Assembly (NCBI GenBank): GCA_964199315.1
Contig: OZ116700.1
Location: 10,850,001-10,914,000, forward strand
Reading direction: 5' to 3'
Length of the DNA: 64,000 nt
Source of the DNA: Orbicella franksi
Taxonomy: Eukaryota
Part shown: one piece after another, positions 13,010 to 25,700 of the stretch
How the letters are laid out: the number at the start of each line of letters is the position of its first letter
How positions within the stretch are numbered: position 1 is the stretch's first letter
Position numbers and translations under genes: made by a program
Notes under the pieces: model-generated
What the model was told of the DNA's origin: nothing
Seen by the model: only the letters and a program-made list of their open reading frames with translations
Databases searched by the model: none

Positions 13010-14195
13010 ATTATTCCACTGGCGCTTGTTGGATATGAAATGGTAGATAGCCAACGAGGCGCGTAGCGCTGAGTTCGGTATAATGACCTCATATCCAACA
13101 AGCGCGAGTGGATTGATTGTTTTATTAAAAACGCCCCAATATTACAGAACGCCCAACGCCCCAATATTACAGAAAACTGGACTGAAAAAAAAAAAAAAAA
13201 TAAAAACACCCAAAAAAAAATCTCGCGTACGCTTACCATATTTGTAGAGCGTGATATTATGGCTCATATACCACGATGGCTAAGCTAATGAAAACTCTCG
13301 AATTGCATTATCCAGGGCTTTCCACAAGTTGCTCGGCAACTTTTTGCATTCTGAGCAATTTCTAGTTTTCTACCATTTCTGAGAAATAAGAGCAGCTTTT
13401 AGTGCTTGAATTGGCCTTGCTTCTATCTTTCACAATGTTTCAGTAGACAACTTTATGAATTTCTTGTGAAAAAGAAGCCAGATCCCCCCCTCCCCCCTTG
13501 CAGATCATGGGTGCAAGATGCGTGCAGCCGGGCTGCTAGGTCAGCGGGTTTTTTTTTTGAACGAAAATTCAAAATGGCGGACAAAGATTCGCACTGACTC
13601 GGGTGTCTCGGGTTAAGAATTTTCACAAGATTAATATTAAATTGATGCGTAGTCTTTACTCACATTTTTTTGTTTTAACTGAGAACAAAGTTATTTAGCA
13701 ATGCTGGTTACGCCGTAAAATTACACAAAAGTGCTTAGAAATCTCACTTATGTTGGGCAATTTGCATATTTTTGCATAAGACCAAATAAAGGAAGAGAGC
13801 AACTTTCGAGCAACTTTCGTTACAAAAAGCAACTTTTGATCTTTTTTGAACAACTTTTTTAGAAATTGCGGGCAACTTTTTGGGAAATCTCGAGCAACTT
13901 GTGGAAAGCCCTAAGAAGACTTCCTTGTTTGGAGATTTAGAGCAGTTACGGTGTTTGCAAGCATAGGTATGTAAAAGGGCAACTTTTTGCAATAACAGGA
14001 ATACGAAAGGGTATCTTTTTCTGTCAAAACGGAATATCAAAGGTAAAGGGGTTGGACCTCCTGGCGGAGCCTCCCCGTAAAAAAAATTTTACCTTTCATG
14101 GAGCAACTTTTTGACAAATTGCGGGCAATTTTTTGGGAGATCTCCAGCAACTTGTGGAAAGCCCTAGCATTATCCAATGATCCAGTTTTTAATAA
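13010..14195. repeat. Older palindromic repeat interrupted by the hAT element
   Basis: Internal inverted pair CCACTGGCGCTTGTTGGATATGA / TCATATCCAACAAGCGCGAGTGG; the sequence GAATTGCATTATC|CAATGATCCAGTTTTTAATAA reads continuously once 13313..14174 is removed. Confidence 0.5.
13313..14166. mobile_element. Non-autonomous hAT-type element (854 bp), composite
   Basis: Termini CAGGGCTTTCCACAAGTTGCT / AGCAACTTGTGGAAAGCCCTA; exact 8-bp TSD GCATTATC at 13305..13312 and 14167..14174; a second copy of the right end finishes at 13912. Confidence 0.88.
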
Positions 14196-14395
14196 TTCTT
14201 GACATACGACATAATTTAATTTTACTGAAACAGTCGTTCACTGAGTTTTCCTGTAAAAGGAATCCCTCTGACTTGTTTAGCAAGCAAACCATTCGAAAGC
14301 TAAGTGAATGTTTTGAGTTTCGTTAAAATGAATTTACGTGGAACATTTCTTTCTTGGTTTCTCAATATACCAACAAGTTCGTCTAATATACCCTA

Positions 14396-14578
14396 GAGGA
14401 CCTCCCAGGGGGATAAAAGTTTTCTCGAACCCTGAAAAATTTTGCATTTTTTCCCCTTGCTCCCTATTAATGAATTCCCGCTCTCAGCTAAAATTGTTTA
14501 GCGAAAGTAATATCCCTAGCTCCCTCTAATCCGAAAAATATTCTTTGATCCCTTGAAATAAATGATCTGGAGACCCTC
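14396..14578. mobile_element. Degenerate MITE
   Basis: Imperfect TIR GAGGACCTCCCAG / CTGGAGACCCTC. Confidence 0.4.
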
Positions 14579-14818
14579 ACCCCGGGAAAAAAATAAACTG
14601 GAGACTGTTTAGAGATTGTCATTGTGGAATGGAAGGGCTGTGTTAATTTGTCGAAGAGAACATTGACTTGATGCTGCGAAATAGCGCGAAACTGCGCTTA
14701 CTGACAAATTTATCTCTCTTCCACATTCCTAGGAGAAAAATGTCGTCACTTTCATTTCCCAGCAAGCAAGCATACAAACAACAAGGAATATGCTGAAAAG
14801 GGCGCGGTTAAAAAGCCT

Positions 14819-14975
14819 AAGGGTGCGTTTCTTTAAGAAAATCCGAGATCGGATTCTTAAATCCGAAAGAATCCGAAAACGGATTTTGCGTTTCTTTACT
14901 AAACAGATCAATCCAAGATCTCTCGGATCATGGTACGTCAAAGGAACCGATGAATCCATTCTGGGAGTGGATTCT
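14819..14975. repeat. Dispersed MITE-like repeat; second copy in opposite orientation at about 49447..49613
   Basis: Shared TTTTGCGTTTCTTTACTAAAC...TCAAGATC...ATCAT...AGGAACC...GAAT...GAGTGGA core between this locus and the reverse complement of the SEC62 intron copy. Confidence 0.6.
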
Positions 14976-15242
14976 TCGGTGGCGTCAGGCAGCCGGGGGG
15001 AGTGTCATACTGCACTTTTCACCTAATATTGCAAAGAACTCAACTAAGAGGCTATGAGGGCTTTCATATTCGTTTTGTGTTCGTTGTTGTCCAAAGGTTG
15101 CGCTAGCCATTGATAATTAGGGAGGTACGTTTTCATGAAAGTAAAGGGACTTTGGTAAGAGTTAACGAACAGATCGGCTAATCCACTGGCGTGAAAGATC
15201 TGGGCTCAAAATTATATGCATAGGCCGCCATCTCACATGTAA

Positions 15243-15513
15243 GAGACGGACCATTATTTTTTTTGAGGGACGGAGGGGAAGGGGTTAGGCACATTTAGGT
15301 TGTGTACGAGCTTTTCTTTTGGTGGACAATACCTTGTGCAAGAATTTTTTTTAAAGTCAAACACAAGACCAGGATGTTAGAAAGCCATTGCTCGAATTTA
15401 TTTCTTCATGGCTCCCCTTACACGATTATTTTTTTAGCCGTTTTTGTTGTGCAAGAATTTTTTTTGGAAATTGCCCGACTCACCACCCCCTTAAAAAAAT
15501 AATGGTCCGTCCC
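15243..15513. mobile_element. PIF/Harbinger-type MITE (271 bp)
   Basis: TIR G(A/G)GACGGACCATTATTTTTT / AAAAAATAATGGTCCGTCCC; TAA on both flanks (TWA TSD). Confidence 0.85.
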
Positions 15514-16764
15514 TAACAGCAGCTGGTTCGGCCGTTAGCCATGCCATTCCGCCAGAATTTGCTTCCAGGGCTAACGCTTTACGACACTGAGACACGAAAT
15601 TATCGTCCTCCGAATCAAATGTCTTCCAACATTAGATAATTATTGTGCTTTTTAGTTGCTTCACCGGTGTTATCGGGACTAAGGTCTGGTTTCTTTTGGA
15701 AAATGGGCCCATCATCTCAGCCCTTCTAATTGACGTCTAAGTGATTATGAGCAAACAAAAGCACCACGTGAAAGGACTTTATTACAAATCCTTTTACATA
15801 CAAGAACGTTATAAATAACATTTATTTACAAATCACATCACGAGTTCTCTATAAGGAATGTTTCGAAATGTCGAAATACTGAAGTTACAGAACTTGCTTA
15901 GATTTCGCAATGATCGTGTTCCGCTCAACAAGAAACTCGTTTCATCAACGAACTCTTTAATCCCTGCAAACAACATATCACTTCTTGTGACCGGCCATCC
16001 TACAGTTCCTCGAGCGGTGGTCGGTAATTCTCCCTTTTTGATCGATTCGTTAATTTCCATTATTTAGCGGAAGCTAAATGATCTCTTCAGTATGTCGCGA
16101 AACACCTTGATTATTAAGTGAACAAAATTTAATATGTATGTACAGCTTTTTTATTCTTTTTCCGTTAAGTATTACGTCTTTACAGGCCTTTTAGATATCA
16201 AATGATTTCAAGACAATCGGCTCTTATAGGAAATAAACAAAATTATACCCAAAATCTACAAAACAGAATGTATTAAATAAAATATAGTTTTAAAGCTTTT
16301 TTATATACGCCGTTACGCTATTCTCACTCTTTTTTAACGGTACTAAGTACGAGGGAGTGAAGTCATACTTCGCATAGAAAATAATGTGTTGTAGAAGTTC
16401 TTTTCCATCATTCGATGCTAATAAAATGAACGGAACGTTTTTTAACTCTCGTGTGTTAAACTCCACGGAAGAAAATAAAAGCACAAATTTCCAAAAATCC
16501 CCACCTAATTTTATATACGTTTAGTAAGAAATAAATAGGTTATTTCTCTTCGCAAGTTCAACAGACCTAAAATAAATTTTAAATATAAACGAAACAGTTC
16601 TGCCATTTCTATATTGGTTGTTGGGAAACGTGTAACTCGCAGACACCCCTTTTTAATAATTAACGATTTATGAACAATATGAAGAATGATCTTTAAATTA
16701 TTTTTCGCTTTGAATAAATTTCTTTAGGGTTTAATTTCAACTGAAAACATGCTAAATAACTAGC

Positions 16765-19700
16765 CTAGTCATTCGATAAGTCTATAGTGACAGGTTTCTT
16801 GGAAGGCGAAGAATACACTCCAGAGCTGTCCAGGTTCTTCTTCACTACATTTTCAAGTTGTGAAGGGCTCTGCAGATTTCTATGATCCTTCTTTAGAATG
16901 CTCGGGAGCCAATGGTCGTTTTTTTCGCTTTCTAGTCTTTGTTGAGCTCGATTGTGCTGCCTCAAACACCGCATAAACTCTTCGTGTGGTAATAGATGTT
17001 GAGCGTGATATTTACTCTGTTGGGTCATCATAAGTTGTTGCTGCAGTTGACGATCCAGTGGTGTTGAGCCGAGCCCGTGAACCGGCACAGCGGCGTGCGC
17101 CAATTCCTCGGGGAACATTCCACGCGCGCCGCTACCATGGAGATGTAACAGTTCTGGATTGTGCCATAAAGACGGGTGGTTCCTCCAGGCACTGATTCCC
17201 GGGTGTTGTAGATAAGCTTGATCAATTGCCGATAGATTGGCAGCCTGTAAATTCTGTAAATGTTGCTGCTCGTGAGGATGAATGTGGAAGTGAGTGTGAA
17301 GATGAGAGTGCGAGTGTTGTTGAGGTCCGTAATACTGAAGCCCCGTCACAGGGTCTGTAATAACACGTCCTACGCCCCCTTTGAGAAGGGACTCGTGTGC
17401 TTGGCCACGCGAGTCCAATGCGCTTTGCTCCAGTACTCGCCCCTGCCCCTGAAGATAGGAGATAGCAGGGAGATGATGGCCAGCAGACTGCATGTGAGCA
17501 GTACGATATTGCGCATACCACTCGTCAAATCCTTCGGTAAATTTCGAGGCATTCCCCCTTGATTCCGCACCGGGGACAACGCCCATCCCTGAGAACATGT
17601 GCAAAGGAAGCATCCTATCCATACCAGCGCTCGGATGCGAGAATCCCGGTATGTTGATGCCCTGGGATGACATACCCGGTGGGATGTTCGAGGGATACCA
17701 ATGGTATTGTCCTCCCGCCATCATGTTGCGTAGCGACGCCTCGTAATGTGACGTGATGGTAGCTGGAGTGTCGTACGGTGAGTGCCTGGCACTTGAACGA
17801 GCCGGTGCTTCCGAAGACGATTCCACTCTAGCCTGAAAGAACAAAACAACAGATATCTTTGAGAAACACCCAACCATGTACACCATGTCTCAGCTTAAAC
17901 CGGTTCTTGTTTTCTCTGTGGAGTCGTTTACGTCAAGTTTGTCAAAGAGACTTCGAAAGTGTTGCCACAAAGTACTGTCGAATAAGGCATGTCCTCCTGA
18001 CAGCATGTTACCGTCTCCAATTCTGATTGGAGATGTCATTACTTTGGTTTTCAAAAAAAACATTTCCGTGTTTAAAAAAAAAAAAGGCGCCTTTCAGGTT
18101 AACATACCTCAGCCTTTGATGGCGACTCCTTAGAAACCGACGCTTCTCGAGAACACGCCAGGTCCTTCTTCGGTTTCTCGGGATGCACGAAGATGACGTC
18201 AGTGCGCACACAGCTTCGTCCCTCTTCGCCCGTAATGACGCGCTTAAATTTGGGAGGAAGCGAAACAGGCCCAGGCACTTCACTTCTACTCCCGGCCGGC
18301 GAGCACGATCGGTTACTGGCGACCTCGTCATTGTTGTTACTGCTGTTGCTACAAACGCTACTGGCATCATGGTCTGGAAGTACACTGTCCCTACCCCCGG
18401 TAGTGCTGCTAGTGTCGCTAGCGTTATCATTGGCATCTTCGTCAGAGTCCTAAGAGGGTGGTACACAGTTAAGTTAGAGAACTTCCCTACATACAAAAAG
18501 CTCAATACAGTTTCAAACAAATTGCAGAGTCTTCAATTTACCTGCGACTGAGCTTTCTTTCGTTTGTCTGTCGTTTGATTCTCAGGTGACTGATCCCGTC
18601 GACGCTTCTTTCCTTTCTTCACCTTACCCTATTTAAATAAAATCCCAGTCAGCCTATTGCATCATTTGTTGCTGTAGTCATTAACCCCATTCATATCACG
18701 GTTTGCGCATAAGATAAGCCTAAATTTTTCAGGTTCGTTGTTTGTAACCTGAGTCAATCTTCTCCATCCTAAACCATCCTTGATTCTTTAAGGTTTATTA
18801 TTATCTCTTTGGTGTTTTCTATCTTAGTAAACTATTATTTTCAGGTTTCCTTCAATTTAAAGGCCAGTTTGTTCCTGGCCAAAATAACAAAAAAATACCG
18901 TGACCGAGCTCCTTTAACAAGAAAGGAAAACCTGAAGAGTTGCAGCAAAGGCGAAGACCCTAACAAAACAATACAAACAAAGTTTTGGTGAACTTTGTAC
19001 CTTCTTGAGTTTCTCTTTTCCCCCGCTGCTTCCAGTACTTGAAGTGCTGCCACTTGACGGTGAAGGCGCCTTGTTTATCTTTGCTAGTCTTCGGCTTCCT
19101 CCAGACGACTCACTAGTCGCTCCTAAATCAAATTGTTCACATTTAGAAGCCTGGATCACGATTGAATTTATATTAAAGGTTTGAACGCAGTCTGAAAGCC
19201 ATGTTTTTTACACGTGGTTGACTTAAGAGAAATTCTGGGTTTACATGATCATCACTCGTGTGTGAAAGTTCTTCAGGAACTCTTTAAAAGCTGTGAAGAC
19301 ACTCCCTACGATTACTGGCGATGTAAAACCTTTTTACACTTTTTTTAACCTTTTTTTTCGGATACTCAACTCTACTCAACTTCTTCATTGTGCACTATTT
19401 ACAGAGTTAATATTAGTTAGTATTATAAATATCAAAAGAGAAGTATTTGTAACACTATATGGTTAGGGAAAAGATTAGTAACCACCATGACTGAAAATAC
19501 ATTACAGAAAAAAAAATTTTTGACATTACACAGCTACAAGTGACAAAACAATGCAGAAACACTTGAAACAGAACAGAAAGCACTGCTTTCAAACATTCGT
19601 GAAAGGTTGAGGGAACTTCCGAACAGCAGGAAAAACGCCGGTCTTTAAATAGAGTTTCTCTAACATCTGTCGATTAATCAGACTTCCGCTCGTTTTTCGA

Positions 19701-22700
19701 AATCTTTATAGTTTTAAAAACAAGAAATCTTTAAAAACAACAACAACATAAAAACACCCCGAGCGTTCTCTATTTCTGAAATACTTGAGCGGAAGTGACA
19801 AACACTGAAGTTTGAACTCCAAAGGATAAAAAATAAACCACAACAGCACACTAAATGTATTTTAGCCACAATTTACGCACGCGTTGCAATCATCTGAGAA
19901 ACGAGCGTTGAAATTACGTAACAAAAGACCTAAAAATACCTTCGACGGGGCTAGCAGTCTTGTTTCGTCCTGATCTTAGCGTTGTTTGCACTGGAGGAAT
20001 GGCTCTTCTGCTTCGGAGAGCTAGTTTTCCATTCACCATGTAGCCATCCTCATCTCTGAGTTCCCTCTCCACGACAACCTTGAACATGTAAGGCGGCGGC
20101 TCGCGCGTTTCATCTGTCGCGGGAAGCTTGCCGTATTTCTTGTGGTAAATCCGGCAATCGTCGCATAAAATCACCTTGTTTTGGCTGCCGTGATGCCAGC
20201 TGCGAGACTCAGTCGTATAGCAATGCCGACAACAGTACAACCTAAAGTTAGAACATTTAAATTAAAAATAGTTCGCGCGCGAGACGTACACATCACGCAC
20301 GATGAAGAAGTTCGTGCACAAAGCTTGAAGACCACGCGAAGAACACGTGAAGAAAAGGTGGAAACGAAAAACGCAGAGAAACGACTTCAACCAACCTCAA
20401 ATCTCTTTCGCTGTCATCACTGTCATAATCGTCTTCACTGCAAGAGCTAAGATCAACTGAGGAAAGAACAAGTGCAAATGAGTTGAAACTTTAACTTTCT
20501 TGTTGAAGTCTAGGCCACTTAGGGTAACAATCCCTGAAATTGCAGTTTGCTACTTACCGAATTCGCTGACAATGTTCTTGGATGTTCTGGGGAGAGCCTT
20601 GCGCCTAAGAACGTTATGTCTTCGACGCCTATGTGGTCGAGAACTCAACGCTGTGGGAGTCTTTTTCCATGTGTAGTAATACTCTACAAGCTCTCCCTGT
20701 CAGACGAAAACAGAACGTTTAAATGAAAAGAACAGGCAATGGTTAAAAAAGCAAATCTGAGCAGGTTTTGGGAAAAAAAAACAAAAATCTTTACCGTTTC
20801 TTTGTGGGAAAGCAGTTCCTTCCTGATCTTGTAAAAGTTCTTTCCATATTGCCTCAGTCCCTTGACAAACTTTTTCTAAACGAAAAAAACAAAAGAAGGC
20901 AAAAATTCAAAACGGATGTCTAAAACCTTAAAAAGCAACAATATGCACTTCGTCTATGAGAAGAAGTGGACTGTAACTATTTTCATTACACTGGCAGAAC
21001 GTGTGCTTTTAGGGTTGGGTGGGTGAGTAAGGGTTGAAGAAATGAGGAGGGAGAGGGGAAAGAGAAAATTGAAAAGAAGGAGAGAAACTTTGGACGGCTC
21101 TCTTGATCCCTACTTGTACTAGATGCAGTAACAGCAAACATTCAATCATTACCGTTTCATCATCAGACCATTTCTTTTCCAGTTCCTTGGGGTAGGGCTT
21201 CTTCACTAGAGCTTGTAAGGCTTTGGCTGCATCGTAATTATTCTGATGAAGCTAAGAACAAAGAACAGTTCTGGTTGATCATCTATTCAGTGTTCACAGT
21301 TCAACTTGAGATTTTTAAAGAACCTCACCCAGTCAAGAGTTAAAAGAACCTCTCAAAAGAGCTGCGTCACTGTTTGTGCATCTTGCTAAGTTTAAAGAAA
21401 TTTCTTTTCAACTTCATCGTTTGTAATCTGCGTCAATCTTCTCCATCCTTAACCATCCTTGATTCTTTATGGTTTATTATTATCTCTCTGGTGTTTTTCT
21501 TTTTTAGTAGACTACTATTTTCAAGTTTCCCTCAATTTAAAGGTAATTTTGTACGCAGTAATCGTCTACGTGGCTCCTTTAAACTCATTAAATTCTCTTG
21601 AACAGAAAACAACTCACCACATTAAGGGCATTGCTTGTTGTGGCATCCTGAGATACAGCACTGTAGCCATCCTCAGGTGAACCACCATTACACATTCCAG
21701 CATACTGCGCCATACTCCTTCAACACACAAACACAACAAAAGATTAATTCCACAAATGTGTTAAAACCTTTTTGCGCAATAAAACAAGGAATTTTTCATC
21801 GACAATGTCATTACAACCTGACAACGTGAACCATTTAAAACACCAGCAAGTTTTACTATTCACCTTGCAGCTCGTAGATACATCATCAACTCATAGTCAT
21901 CAAGAGTTGGATTCCACATCTGATAAGGAAATAAAAAAAAGTTAAATGATATCAAGAGAGTTAAAGAAAGAAAGAAAAATAATTATCTGTCCACAAGCCC
22001 AGATGGATCACAAGGTCAGCACCCTATTTGACTCTGGATTCATAGCATGAAGCAGCTAGGAGTAGTGCTACTTTCCCCCACCCCTGATGAGACATCGCAG
22101 GTGACCAATCAGAATTTTTCAGGTTGCCATAACAACCATAATAATAAAATTATCATTGGGCAGAGACATGCACTGGGAAAGTTAAATAGTCTTGCTTCAT
22201 AAGAGCATGACATGAGGTCCCCACAGATTGAAAGGATTATCGAAAGTATATAAATAACATATATTCCTACCAGCTCTTCTCTTGGTTTTTCTGCTTCCTC
22301 TGAGCTATTCATAGGATATGGACAACACTCTGGGAGAGTCGCCTGCAATAATAAACCACTAATGTAATGGTATTGGATACCAAGAAGGGGATATTGACTA
22401 TATAGAGTGGTAAATACTGTAGCAACATCACAACATACCAGTAATTATAACACCCAAATTACACCTTATTAACATAAATATCTGATGTGGGAAGAGAGAA
22501 AGAAGGGGAGAAGAGTAGACCATTATCTAATGGACATACAGTATTTAGATGTGATGCATCATAATTTTAAAGGCAGCTTGCACATAAGGTTAATTTTTTA
22601 CCTGATGGCTTACTCCAACTCTTATTTCACCTTTGGTATTTGCTAACCTCCTGAAACAAAGAAAAAACAACACAATGAATATTACAAACCATCGGGGTTT

Positions 22701-25700
22701 GATGTAGTGTGATCACTTCTTGAATTCATTTCCTTGCTTCAAACAGTTAGACCTTCCATTATAGAAAGTAGATGACCTGTGACCAGGTTAAAGTGTTTTT
22801 TGGGTGGGGGACAGGGGGGGGGGAGAGGAGAGGGGGACTCAAGAAGAAATGTTGTGGTGGCACTAAATTTTTGCAGGAGTTTATTTTTGCATATTGCCAA
22901 TTTTTTGTGTTTTGCGAGAACAAATATTTCAGATTGTAAAAAACTGGTTTTTTTTTCTGCTAGGTACTAATTTTTGCGATTTTCAGGAAGTCACATTTAA
23001 TTCAGTGGTGGATCCAGACTTGAGCTAAAGGGTGGGGGGTTTGGGGGGAAGGTGCTTGCCCTGCCGGCTTTTTCTTTTTTTACCCAAACTAAGCAAGGGC
23101 CCCAGGCCCCTCCCCTAAATTTGCCACTGTAATTGAAATTTGTAAAGCAACATGTAGAGATGTTAAACACAGCAATCCAGTGATCAGCATCACTCTATCA
23201 CAATTACATCATGTCCTTGTGTGGCTGATTGCTCCAGCAATGGATCAGCAATAACATTTTGTAGTGTTGTTCTGTTTGTATGTATAATTTCACCAGTGGA
23301 GTAAATTTTTGCAGAGGAAATTTTTGCGAGAATCTTTTTGCAGGAACCTTTTTGGTGGATAGTGTGCAAAAAAAAACGAAAAAAAATTGCAAAAATTAGA
23401 ACCTACAAAAATTTAGTGCCACAGGCTAGTCAATGTTTACTTTTCAACTATTTTCTTAATTCAAGTTCTTCCAAGAGTGTTTCTTTAACCTTGAGTAAAC
23501 AGAGAGTAAAATGCTTTCTATTTCTTTGATAACCAACCAGCTGTATCTACTTAACCAATGAAAACAATCCCAGTAAGCTGATTTCAAAACTAATTCAAAA
23601 GCAGTTCATTGCACCCATTACCTTGTCTCTGGGTTGTAACCAAGTACATAGAAAAAGCAATCATCTTTCTGTATGTATCCTTTGACTGAATCTGTGATCT
23701 CCACAAATGGTCGCACTTTGCATTTTCCCCTAGGAAAAAAACCATGACCATTATTAAGTTAGACATTTCGCTGCTTGTTGTTACATGTGTCACAGAGACA
23801 CCAACATAAAAAAGTTGAAATCCTGCAGGTTGCCAATTTTACCTTCTTTGATCTTAAAAAAATTGTTCACAGTAATGGTACAGCTCTGCCTATTAAACCA
23901 CAAAAACGACTCAAATATCCAAAACTTTTCTCCCAAAATGCCACAGTTTGGCAAAAAAATTTCTGAAAAATGTATTTTATATGTTTTCTTTCACATTGCC
24001 CAGGAGATTCTGTGACCTGTATGGGAGACTGGGAGATTCGGTCTGTATCCACGAAAATCCAGGAAAATTCAGCAGAGTTGTATAGATGGCGTCATGCAAA
24101 AAAATGATGAAAGCAAGAGCTCTGCACATTTTGGGACAAACAATTTTTAATAATAATTATTAAAATCTATAAATTTGGAAAGCTGCTGTCATTACAGAGC
24201 AATTGGAAAAACGTTTGACCATGAAGGTTGTTTTTACTCACCTTAGTGCAGAAGCTGGATAGACATCTGTCGCATCTGAAATAAACAATTCTCGCTCCTT
24301 GACAGCAACATCCTCTAGAATGTGGTCACCAGAACCTAGAAACAAATTTCAAATGTCAGCTGTTTGACTCTTTAGTCGTCAACAGCAATCAGCATGTTAT
24401 TTGTCTAAAAATGTCATGATCTATCATGAAATTCTCATATTAGCGAATAGGGTTTTCATTAAGTCCTGGTCACCAGCTAAAAAACTCCGGCTACCTCAAT
24501 TTCTGAACCGCCCACTTTTTGTGAATGAAGACGTGTGTGAGTTGTAAAGAGTACTCTGGGAAAAACAGTTTCTTTTTTAGGTTACCTTGAATGTCCTTGT
24601 CAATACAGTCAAGATTGTAACAAAGGAGGGGGTGTGGTGTTCAGTTACACTATTTAGCTTCTTTCTCAAGTTCCAAAAAAAACTCTAGAGTTCCAATAAT
24701 ACATAGACTTAAAACCAAAATGTTAGATAAACTGGTTTTACCAGGTTTTACTTTCTATATAACATTTCAATTCAGATACATATTAATTAACAAAATTTTA
24801 AGAGTTAACCAATCAACTGTATGCACTGAGACTTTTTCCCCCTCAAATGCTGTCCCTTTAACCACCTTTTTTTCTATTCTTATGACCAATAAAGAATTAT
24901 TTTAGCTTGCTTTTATTTTTCCAAGTTTATTGGCATACTATAAACAACTTGACAGTTTGAATAACTAAAATGATAAATGTGGAAAAGGTGTCATGATTTT
25001 ACCGGAAAAACTGCAGCTGCCTGTGTAGATTTATACACACTAGTAAAACAATATTCCTTAAAATAATGTACCATTTTCTGCATTTCTATCCTGAATCAAT
25101 AGCTGGTAGACTGATTCTGGGACCTCTGAAGGACGATAGTACCATCTTACCACCACGACAAGGGAGTCTCGTTTGCTCTGATGAAAAAACAAGGACGTTA
25201 GTTTTCTTACAAGCCTTATCACACTGTCTTATCTTTACCATCGAAAATTTAAATAGAAGTCCTACACTACTAAGTTGCTTTCAAATTCATTTTCTTATTA
25301 TTTATTTTGTCATTTGAAAAGTTTTGTATTTAACTCTGATTTGGTAACACATACATGGCAACCATCAGTTTCCAATTTTATCACCTGCTTGTAAAAATAA
25401 TTAAACTTATTGCCTTAAATTGACAAATGAAACGATAACTAAAAATTAAGCCTTGCACTGATCCAACATTTGTAAGAAATCTTGTAACAGTGATTTTTCT
25501 TTTTTTTTTCACACCTTGAATTACATTAGATTCTTGATTGTTACAATATTCATTGCAGTTTTAAAAATGTTCCACTCTATAAGTCATCTGCAAAAAGTCA
25601 AATTGAAATAAATTGCAGCTTATCTATTTCTTTTTGAGCAAAACTAACAAAAAATATAAATAATAACAGAAATTCATCTGATGATGTTTGCCCAACCAAA

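Noticed and set aside
17028-18551. Multiple extra ORFs in other frames over the RERE terminal exons
   Set aside because: Alternative frames of GC-richer coding exons; the spliced RERE frame explains the region.
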